Positions 44,748 to 52,597 of a stretch of DNA of 64,000 nucleotides are shown here, piece after piece; positions within the stretch are counted from its first letter, which is position 1; every line of letters starts with the position of its first letter. A program made the position numbers and the translations under genes. A model generated the notes under the pieces. It saw only the letters and a list, made by a program, of their open reading frames with translations, was not told where the DNA came from and made no database searches. Location: positions 288,001 through 352,000 of the forward strand of contig VMGC01000001.1 in assembly GCA_007376385.1 (NCBI GenBank). Direction: 5' to 3'. The stretch is from Parcubacteria group bacterium Gr01-1014_8 (GTDB taxonomy: Bacteria > Patescibacteriota > Minisyncoccia > Phycocordibacterales > UBA2100).

Positions 44748-44975
44748 TACATTGCCCGAACATTGTTCGAGTGAGGCAGTACAAAAAGGTAGATCCGGCC
44801 GCAGCTGGGATCCCCGCGTGCGGGGAGGCGAGGCGTGCCTACGAGCGACCTAGTTTTCTTATGAGCATAGCGAATTAGAAAACTGGAAGTACTCGTAGTG
44901 GTGCACATAGTATTTTGAAGCGGCATCGCGACAAAATACTTAGTGACTCGGAGATTTACGTTTTTGGATGATACA

Positions 44976-45070
44976 CCCCGTGAGATACAACATATATACA
45001 TTTTGCTCGTGGGTGGTTTTGTTGCTAACACCTGATTACATCGACAGTTCTAATGCGCTATCTCATGGGG
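44976..45070 (+). repeat. 95-nt element with 12-bp terminal inverted repeats CCCCGTGAGATA ... TATCTCATGGGG (copy A)
   Basis: Read directly. A second copy with the same termini lies at 48282-48375. Confidence 0.55.
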
Positions 45071-45400
45071 TACACTATTTGCATAAGGACCCAGTGTGGA
45101 GGGCGGCGGCACTCACATAGACTTTCACTTTGGAGCTCGCACCCGCCTTCCGCATTGGGTCTTTGCAAGTTAGACATTAGATAATGGAAATTAGACAAAA
45201 GAAATTTACAAAATAATTTTTTGCTTATTAAATCTAATTTCTAACTTCCACTTTCTATATATAAAGTTATCCACAGTATCGTCGAATAAAACATATTAAT
45301 CACGCAATGAGTGCAATAATAAAAAAAACGCATCTCGCGTAACTTGAATCTGCGAATGGTGCGGGTCGAATGTTTAGTCGCAGGGGCATCTAAAAAATCT

Positions 45401-45454
45401 ATGGCAAAGAAAAAGAAAGCAAAGAAAAAGGCAAAGCGATCGAAGAGACGCTAG
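45401..45454 (+). other. 17-codon poly-lysine micro-ORF (MAKKKKAKKKAKRSKRR*), about 100 nt upstream of secA
   Basis: ATG GCA AAG AAA AAG AAA GCA AAG AAA AAG GCA AAG CGA TCG AAG AGA CGC TAG read directly. No evidence of expression. Confidence 0.2.
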
Positions 45455-45556
45455 TCAGGCGTGCTTCGAAAGAAAAGACCCTCCATTGCGGAGGGTCTTT
45501 TCGTGCGCGACCAGAGACTGCGAAAATCAGTCATTAGTGTTAGGATGTGCCTCTGT

Positions 45557-48094
45557 ATGGCATTCTGGAAAGGGTTGTTTGGCGATACGAGTACCGCCGC
45601 TCTAAAAAGCGCGATGCCCATTGTCGCAAGTACAAATGCCCTTGAGGACGGTATTCGCGCGCTCTCTGACGATGCGCTGCGGGGTAAGACCGCAGAATTC
45701 AAATTGCGTATAGAAAAGGGCGAAACGTTGGAGGTCTTGGCGCCGGAGGCGTTTGCGGTCGTTCGTGAAGCTGCGCGCCGCACTCTCGGGCAGCGTCATT
45801 TTGATGTTCAGCTTGTGGGAGGCATGGTGTTGCACACTGGCGGCATCGCAGAGATGCGCACGGGCGAAGGAAAAACCCTAGTCGCTACATTGCCCGCATA
45901 TCTGAACGCGCTTACGGGGAGCGGTGTGCACGTCGTGACAGTCAACGATTATCTCTCCCGCCGAGACGGAGTATGGATGGGGGAGATCTATTATGCGCTC
46001 GGGATGTCAGTTGGTATTTTGAATCATGAAGCATCATACCGATACGATCCTGCACACGTGTCCAAAGATTTGATAGAGGAAGAGGATAAGGAACGTGACC
46101 AGCTAGGGAGTTTTAAAGTGATGCATGATTTTTTAGCGCCATGCACGCGTACCGAAGCGTACGCATCCGATATCACCTACGGAACCAACAACGAGTTTGG
46201 TTTCGACTATCTTCGGGACAACTTGGAATACGAGCCGGAAAAACTCCGCCAGCGGCTTCCCGATAAAGGAGGCTACAACTTCGCCATTGTCGACGAAATA
46301 GACTCCATTCTCATCGATGAAGCGCGAACACCTCTTATTATTTCTGCGCCAGTCTCGGATGCGGAGCGGCTCTATGACAGATTTGCGGCGATAGCGCGAG
46401 GGCTTGCGGCCGAAGAGGATTACACGGTTGATGAAAAACACCGCCAGATAGCTCTTACCGATGCAGGCATCGAGAAAGCCGAAAAGGCGCTCGGCGTCGA
46501 GAATATCTACACGGACGCCGGAATAAAGTTGGTGCATCACTTGGAAACAGCAGTGCGTGCTAAGGCCCTCTTCCAAAAAGATCAGGAGTATGTGGTTCGT
46601 GATGGTGAAGTCATCATTGTCGATGAATCAACTGGACGCATGCAGCCCGGCAGAAGGTGGAGTGAAGGCCTGCACCAGGCGATAGAAGCAAAGGAGGGGG
46701 TTGCAATTCAGCAAGAGTCCCGAACATTCGCTTCCATCACATTCCAAAACTACTTTCGGTTATATAAGAAGCTTGCGGGAATGACCGGAACTGCAGCAAC
46801 CTCATCGGAGGAATTCTATAAAGTATATGGTCTGAATACTGTTGCGGTGCCGACCAATGTGCCGCCAAAAAGGGAAGATCACGAGGACCTTATCGTGCAA
46901 ACCGAGAACGGCAAGATGAAAGCAATCGCCAGGCGAGTGAAAGAATTGCACGAAAAGGGCCAGCCGGTCCTTGTAGGCACTGTCTCTGTGGAAAAGAACG
47001 AGCTTCTTTCTGTTCACTTTAGGCAGGAAGGCATCCCGCACGAGCTATTGAATGCCAAGAATCACGAGAGGGAGGGAGAAATAATAGCCCAGGCCGGGCG
47101 ACGTGGTGCGGTAACCATTGCGACAAACATGGCAGGTCGAGGTGTTGACATAAAGCTCGGGGGGAATCCTGCCACGAATGAAGAGTACGAAGCCGTGAAA
47201 GAGCTTGGAGGATTGTTTGTCCTTGGAACCGAACGGCACGAGGCGCGCCGCATCGACAATCAGCTTCGGGGTCGTGCGGGGCGTCAGGGGGACCCCGGTG
47301 GGACACAGTTTTTTGTATCTTTAGAAGATTCACTCATGCGCATATTCGCCTCCGATGTCATCAAACGGGTGATGGGCACGTTCAAGATCCCTGAAGATGA
47401 ACCCATCTTCAATTCCATGATAACGAGGTCGCTTGAAAAGGCCCAGACTCGCATCGAAGAGTTGAACTTTGACGCTCGAAAGCATGTTTTGTCGTACGAT
47501 GATGTGTTGAATATTCAGCGCCAGTCGATCTACGCACGTCGTAGAGCGCTTCTGACGGGAGGGAATGACGCAGTTGACGATGAACTCGCGCGCATTGTCG
47601 AGCCCGATTCCGATGTTATGCGCGCATTGGATGAGCGGAAAAAAGAAATGGGGGAGATGTTCTACAGAGTCTCGAGGCGATTTCTCTTACAAACGGTAGA
47701 CTTTTTGTGGGTGGAGCATCTTGAAGCAATGGAGTACTTGCGCTCAAGTGTGAACTTGCGCGCATATGGGCAGCGAGATCCGCTTGTCGAATATAAGAAG
47801 GAAGGCTTGAAATTGTTCCAGACCATGGAAGGTTCCTACGACGCCAATGTTGTCCAGTCGCTCCCGAACGTCCTACAGGCACAGAAAGATGGTGCTGTGC
47901 GTCCCGCAGCTTCCAAAAGTTTCTTTGCTAAGAGTGTAAGCGCAATTACAAACACCAAGAAAGGCCATGATGAGAAGAAATACGAGCGAAACGAAAAAGT
48001 AACGATCACAAATGGTACAGAAACAAAAGAGATGAAATTTAAGAAAGCAGAGCCGCTTCTGGCAGGAGGGGAGTGGAAGATCGTACAGAAATAG
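45557..48094 (+). CDS. secA: preprotein translocase ATPase SecA
   Basis: Track ORF 45461..48094 trimmed to the ATG at 45557 (MAFWKGLFGD..., typical SecA N-terminus). Walker A MRTGEGKT, DEAD-like IVDEIDSILIDEARTPLIIS, and the full DEAD motor, preprotein cross-linking and helical scaffold regions. Confidence 0.9.
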   Translation: MAFWKGLFGDTSTAALKSAMPIVASTNALEDGIRALSDDALRGKTAEFKLRIEKGETLEVLAPEAFAVVREAARRTLGQRHFDVQLVGGMVLHTGGIAEMRTGEGKTLVATLPAYLNALTGSGVHVVTVNDYLSRRDGVWMGEIYYALGMSVGILNHEASYRYDPAHVSKDLIEEEDKERDQLGSFKVMHDFLAPCTRTEAYASDITYGTNNEFGFDYLRDNLEYEPEKLRQRLPDKGGYNFAIVDEIDSILIDEARTPLIISAPVSDAERLYDRFAAIARGLAAEEDYTVDEKHRQIALTDAGIEKAEKALGVENIYTDAGIKLVHHLETAVRAKALFQKDQEYVVRDGEVIIVDESTGRMQPGRRWSEGLHQAIEAKEGVAIQQESRTFASITFQNYFRLYKKLAGMTGTAATSSEEFYKVYGLNTVAVPTNVPPKREDHEDLIVQTENGKMKAIARRVKELHEKGQPVLVGTVSVEKNELLSVHFRQEGIPHELLNAKNHEREGEIIAQAGRRGAVTIATNMAGRGVDIKLGGNPATNEEYEAVKELGGLFVLGTERHEARRIDNQLRGRAGRQGDPGGTQFFVSLEDSLMRIFASDVIKRVMGTFKIPEDEPIFNSMITRSLEKAQTRIEELNFDARKHVLSYDDVLNIQRQSIYARRRALLTGGNDAVDDELARIVEPDSDVMRALDERKKEMGEMFYRVSRRFLLQTVDFLWVEHLEAMEYLRSSVNLRAYGQRDPLVEYKKEGLKLFQTMEGSYDANVVQSLPNVLQAQKDGAVRPAASKSFFAKSVSAITNTKKGHDEKKYERNEKVTITNGTETKEMKFKKAEPLLAGGEWKIVQK

Positions 48095-48131
48095 TCCCGC
48101 CGCTTAAATTTATCTGTCGAGGATAGCAAGC

Positions 48132-48160
48132 GAAATGCGAAAGCGCAGGTTTCGCATTTC
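48132..48160. repeat. perfect 11-bp stem hairpin (GAAATGCGAAA-GCGCAGG-TTTCGCATTTC), about 38 nt after the secA stop, with no U-tract
   Basis: Read directly in the sequence. Confidence 0.45.
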
Positions 48161-48281
48161 CGAGCGACACAGACAGCAAAGGTTCAAAGCCCCGCGGCTT
48201 GCCTGCCTGTGCGATGCACGCAGACAGGCCGCGGAATTTGGGACCGAGGAACCTTTATATTCCGTAAGAAAATAGTGTATG

Positions 48282-48375
48282 CCCCATGAGATAGATCATC
48301 TAGATCGGTGATGCATATAGTTCAGTAGTAACATATGAGATTCCTGAAAAAGTGGCGTGAATTTATCTCACGGGG
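48282..48375 (+). repeat. 94-nt element with 12-bp terminal inverted repeats CCCCATGAGATA ... TATCTCACGGGG (copy B), ending 12 nt before gatB
   Basis: Read directly. Same termini and length as the copy at 44976-45070, but the internal sequence diverges. Confidence 0.55.
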
Positions 48376-48387
48376 TATGCTTCCGGC

Positions 48388-49833
48388 ATGTCATACAAGG
48401 CAACGATAGGGCTTGAAATTCATGCAGAATTGAAGACAAGTACAAAAATGTTTTGCTCGTCTCAGAACAACGCCGACGAAACAAGAGCGAATGTCCACGT
48501 CTGCCCCATTTGTTTGGCGCATCCGGGTACGCTGCCTGTCATCAATAGGGAAGCGGTGCGGCAGGTGCTCCGCGTCGGGGTTGCGCTTAAAGGTACGTTG
48601 GCAGATTACACGGAATTTGACCGCAAGAATTATTTTTATCCAGATCTGCCTAAGGGCTACCAATTATCACAGTATGAATTTCCCCTTGTGTCAGGCGGAA
48701 GTTTAAATGGAGTAGACATCACGCGAGTTCACTTAGAAGAGGACACAGCGAGTTCAATTCATGACGAGATGACAGGGGAAACCCTTATTGATTACAATCG
48801 CGCGGGGGTGCCTTTGATGGAACTCGTTACGGAGCCAGTGATCCATAGCGCAAAGGAAGCAGGTGATTTTGGCCGAGAATTACAATTGCTCTTACGTTAT
48901 CTAGGTGCATCAGACGCTGACATGGAAAAAGGGCGCATGCGACTTGAAGCAAATATTTCTGTCTCAAATTCCGACGAACTAGGCACGAAGGTCGAAATAA
49001 AGAATATTAACTCTTTCCGGGCTATGGAGCGCGCGGTTGAACACGAGATAGCTAGGCAGACAGATATCCTCGATATGGGGCAAAAAATAGCTCAAGAGAC
49101 TCGCGGATGGGATGACTCTAAACAAGCGACGTTCAGCCAGCGTGTGAAGGAGGGTAGTGCGGATTATCGTTACTTTCCAGATCCAGATCTGCCGAGCCTC
49201 AAACTTTCGCAGATCGAGGAATTCTCAGAAGATGCGCTTAAAAAGACCCTTCCCGAGTTGCCCAGTGAGAGACGCCAGCGGTATATACATGCAGGCATTA
49301 AAGCTGCGGATGCTGAGCAATTTGCTGCATACCCACGCCTGGCAGACTTTATGGACAAAGTGATAGTTGGGAACATCAAGGATGAGGCATTTATACAACG
49401 TGCGACTAACTACATAGTGAACGACCTCGTGAGCATTATCCGAGACATCAATAAACGAGATACGGATTTGCGAGGCGAGATACCTATCTCCTCTATGAAC
49501 TTTACAAAGATTATGCGTATGCTCGGTGATAGAAGGATCTCGTCGAGGGGTGCGAAGGACCTGCTATCCTTGGTCATAAAGGAAGGCCGCGATCCGGAAA
49601 CGGTTGCGTCGGAGCGCGGTCTTCTTATAGATGCGGCCGGACTGGACGTCGAATCTGCGGTTCACAATGTTCTCACAAGGAATAAAGAAGTAGTTGCGGA
49701 CTATTTGTCCGGGAAGCAGAATGCGCTTCAATATTTGATCGGACAATGCATGAAAGAGCTCAAAGGTGCAGTTGAACCGACGGAGCTAAGAGTGATATTG
49801 ATGCAAACAATCTCATCTCGTAGCGCTACTTAA
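48388..49833 (+). CDS. gatB: aspartyl/glutamyl-tRNA(Asn/Gln) amidotransferase subunit B
   Basis: 481 aa. MSYKATIGLEIHAELKTSTKMFC...CPICLAHPGTLPV and the C-terminal YqeY-like tail have the canonical GatB signature. Confidence 0.9.
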   Translation: MSYKATIGLEIHAELKTSTKMFCSSQNNADETRANVHVCPICLAHPGTLPVINREAVRQVLRVGVALKGTLADYTEFDRKNYFYPDLPKGYQLSQYEFPLVSGGSLNGVDITRVHLEEDTASSIHDEMTGETLIDYNRAGVPLMELVTEPVIHSAKEAGDFGRELQLLLRYLGASDADMEKGRMRLEANISVSNSDELGTKVEIKNINSFRAMERAVEHEIARQTDILDMGQKIAQETRGWDDSKQATFSQRVKEGSADYRYFPDPDLPSLKLSQIEEFSEDALKKTLPELPSERRQRYIHAGIKAADAEQFAAYPRLADFMDKVIVGNIKDEAFIQRATNYIVNDLVSIIRDINKRDTDLRGEIPISSMNFTKIMRMLGDRRISSRGAKDLLSLVIKEGRDPETVASERGLLIDAAGLDVESAVHNVLTRNKEVVADYLSGKQNALQYLIGQCMKELKGAVEPTELRVILMQTISSRSAT

Positions 49834-50404
49834 CTTCTTATAGCTCGTTGACCGTCCGTGCTGTTGTTGCACCAATGTTTGTTTGTGTATGTATCTTCCC
49901 AACGCTGAATAAATGAATTGCCTTGATTCGTGCAACTAAGTTAGCGGCTTCTCGAACCTTGGCCGACATGAAAGACATAAGAGATAATGTGGGCCCACAC
50001 AATTCCATCACTTCACCACGCAGAAATATTCACTCTCCGTGTTTATATGTACTTATGGGGGTACATGTTGAATTGTTGGCCATGCACGAATACGGCAATA
50101 CACTTATAGCTCGCATAATTGCACTGGGGGCTTACTTAATAATATTCATGTGTAAGTCTCGTTTATCTCTGAGTTTTTCTGACGTGTTACTCGAAGCTTA
50201 AATGAATTCGGCAGGGACGTCTTTGATGCGTATTTATTCGGGCCTGGTCCATGTGCATATACGTTCTTGAAAGTCATGAAAAAGGCTGCAAAATTTACTG
50301 AAATCCTGTCATTTTGGTCGAAAATACAGCCATTTTTGACTTTTTTGACTAATTATTGCGACCCAAGGCGGGGGGAAACAGCGCTAACATAGCAAGGTCG
50401 GCGG

Positions 50405-51130
50405 TTGTCCACGCAAGGTCGGACCTTGCTTATATCTGCGTATTATACTGATTTGGTGGCAAAACGACGAAAAGTCGCCTATATAGCACCCTTTGATAGT
50501 GATAAGTACTATCACGTGCATAACGACGGAATTGATAGGCGAATACTATTCAGCTCCAAGCAGGATTTTGACCGCTTTGAAGCATATTTGTATCTGCTGA
50601 ATTCCACTGAAAGCCCGCGTGCGGCTAATTTTTTTACAGGCAATCGCCAGAACGAAATATTTCAAACGGGGAGAGGCGATAAATTAATAGCACTCGGAGC
50701 TTATTCGATCACGCCGCATGAATTTCACTTGCTTGCTGTGCCTCTGGTCGATGGGGGGATGGGGAAATTCATGCAGAAGCTTCAGACTGGATACACGATG
50801 TACTTCAATAGCAAGTACCAGCGTATGGGACGCATATTCCAGTCCTCATATAAGGCGGAATCAGCTCGATCAGCCGAGCATCTAAAATATATGTTCTGTT
50901 ATATTCATTTAAATCCTGCGCAGATCTTTGACAAAGAATGGGATTCGACAAACGAGAGGAGCGGACTTGCAACACACATATTGAGGGCAATGAATTATCG
51001 CTACTCGAGCGCAAATGAATATACCTCTCAAAAATTTATCATCACGACGCCGCATGAATTTCCGCCCTACATCAGAAGGGTGAGAGATGCGCGCGCGTAC
51101 TTGAAACTTTGGTCAAAGTTTAAAGAATAG
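50405..51130 (+). CDS. REP-associated/IS200-like Y1 (HuH) tyrosine transposase (PF01797-type, RayT-like); start codon uncertain
   Basis: Motifs YHVHNDGIDRRILF..., ...SITPHEFHLLAVP (HuH-like) and ...YFNSKYQRMGRIFQSSYKAES...YIHLNP (catalytic Tyr region) match the REP-tyrosine-transposase/IS200 pattern. The track uses a TTG start, and a perfect palindrome GCAAGGTC-G-GACCTTGC lies within the first about 25 nt, so the true start may be further downstream. No tnpB is present. Confidence 0.6.
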   Translation: MSTQGRTLLISAYYTDLVAKRRKVAYIAPFDSDKYYHVHNDGIDRRILFSSKQDFDRFEAYLYLLNSTESPRAANFFTGNRQNEIFQTGRGDKLIALGAYSITPHEFHLLAVPLVDGGMGKFMQKLQTGYTMYFNSKYQRMGRIFQSSYKAESARSAEHLKYMFCYIHLNPAQIFDKEWDSTNERSGLATHILRAMNYRYSSANEYTSQKFIITTPHEFPPYIRRVRDARAYLKLWSKFKE

Positions 51131-51320
51131 ACGCACATGCTCATAAAATCTATGCCGGAGTGAATCTGGTACAGTAGCGTCTTGACGTATTTAGAAAGCG
51201 TTGTGTAAGACTCTGTAGGTAAAGCCGGTCGCCTTCACGGCAGTAGACTCTGAGGATATCTCCACAGAGTACGCCAGATATGGAAGACAGTAGCCGTCAG
51301 GGCTAGTATAATCTCGGCAT

Positions 51321-52274
51321 ATGGCTCATGAGATAGTTCTCGGCGATACGACATACATTTCTTCAAAGCGCGCAGCCGAGATTACTGGATATGCCCAAGA
51401 TTATATTGGCCAACTCGCGCGTGCGGGGAAGATAATTGCACGAAGAATTGGAGGCCTTTGGTATGTTCTCGAAGAGTCTTTAAACAACTATAAGGCTGTG
51501 GCAGAACTTTATGTAGCGACTCCACCTCGGATGGATGATTCATACGCTTCTGCCTCTAAGGTTGCTGACACCCTTATTTCATTTGATGGAAAAGAGTATG
51601 TTTCAGCATCAGAAGCGGCTAGGCAGACTGCATATCACCAAGACTATATCGGGCAGCTAGCACGTACCGGCAGGATTTTGTCTAAGCAAGTCGGAGCGCG
51701 TTGGTTCGTCGAATTAAAAGGTCTAAGGGCTCACAAAGCCGAAAAAGATGCTCTCTTGGCTGCGGTGCAGCGTGAATCAGTGGGCCTTGTCCGCCCTGCA
51801 AAGAGCGGTCCCGATGCCGACAACTACAAGGTGCATTTCACATATACAGCTGATGAGAGGGAACTCCTGCCGTCTCTCCTTCGCAAAGATGCCTCAGGCA
51901 GCAATATTCAGCAGGATGCGGCCGAGTTAGAGCACGTAATACCGATTCGTATTGTGCGTGTTCCTCAAAATCCGGCAACAAGCAGCTATTCAGCTCGATC
52001 TGCTACTCGCTCCGTGCGGTTGCGAGTAAGAAAACCCTTATATTATGGTAGCTTATCCGCCGTGCTGGTGACTGTAGTGATTGTCATCGCATTTCATATA
52101 AATATACTAAACGCTGTCCCGATATTCGCGAATACCAACAAGTCGGGCGTTTTAAAAAACACGGCTCTTGCGGGAATAATTATGAACGTCGCAGCGGACT
52201 TTGCGGATCTCGCTCATGAATTGTTAGGGAATAAAGTCATTTACAATCGAGGTTCATACAAGCCCGATTTCTAG
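51321..52274 (+). CDS. membrane-anchored protein with two tandem HTH_17/excisionase-like motifs
   Basis: 317 aa. Two about 45-aa repeats (TYISSKRAAEITGYAQDYIGQLARAGKIIARRIGGLWYV / EYVSASEAARQTAYHQDYIGQLARTGRILSKQVGARWFV), each matching the EAAxxLGxSxxxIxRLxxxGxIxxxxIGxxWxV excisionase/MerR-like HTH pattern. A C-terminal TM helix (LSAVLVTVVIVIAFHINIL) follows. The same motif opens the downstream giant ORF. Confidence 0.5.
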   Translation: MAHEIVLGDTTYISSKRAAEITGYAQDYIGQLARAGKIIARRIGGLWYVLEESLNNYKAVAELYVATPPRMDDSYASASKVADTLISFDGKEYVSASEAARQTAYHQDYIGQLARTGRILSKQVGARWFVELKGLRAHKAEKDALLAAVQRESVGLVRPAKSGPDADNYKVHFTYTADERELLPSLLRKDASGSNIQQDAAELEHVIPIRIVRVPQNPATSSYSARSATRSVRLRVRKPLYYGSLSAVLVTVVIVIAFHINILNAVPIFANTNKSGVLKNTALAGIIMNVAADFADLAHELLGNKVIYNRGSYKPDF

Positions 52275-52324
52275 ATTACTGAGCCATAACCAGCGCAAAT
52301 TCCCCAAAATAGGCTGTGAACACG

Positions 52325-52350
52325 GATTATCTCGGATGTCCGAGATAATC
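52325..52350. repeat. perfect 12-bp inverted repeat GATTATCTCGGA-TG-TCCGAGATAATC between the HTH-repeat gene and the giant ORF
   Basis: Read directly. The GAGATA/TATCTC core resembles the termini of the 95-nt elements. Confidence 0.45.
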
Positions 52351-52597
52351 GCGACATTTAAGATATTGGTTATACGATGAGTCTAAAGCAATTGAATTCA
52401 TCTAAAAATACGAATTTCTGCAGCAATTAAGTGCATAAAATGCGATGTAAAGCCATGAGAGTTAGCGCAAATACAGCCGTCGCATAAGTTCGGATCACCA
52501 AAATCGTTCGATTTTATCCCCATGGATAGTGGATATGGGTGTCTGGGTGCCCGACATCGCTATTAAAATCTAGATAAGTCGTGCGGGATGATACTCC

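Noticed and set aside
45262-45270. Perfect DnaA-box consensus TTATCCACA in the AT-rich tract upstream of secA (possible oriC)
   Set aside because: Only a single consensus 9-mer was found. One hit is close to chance expectation in 2x64 kb. There is no cluster of boxes and no dnaA/dnaN nearby.
49923-50201. 92-aa ORF in the gatB-to-transposase gap
   Set aside because: No recognisable motifs and odd composition. It lies in what is more likely the left flank of the IS200/RayT-like element or other non-coding sequence.
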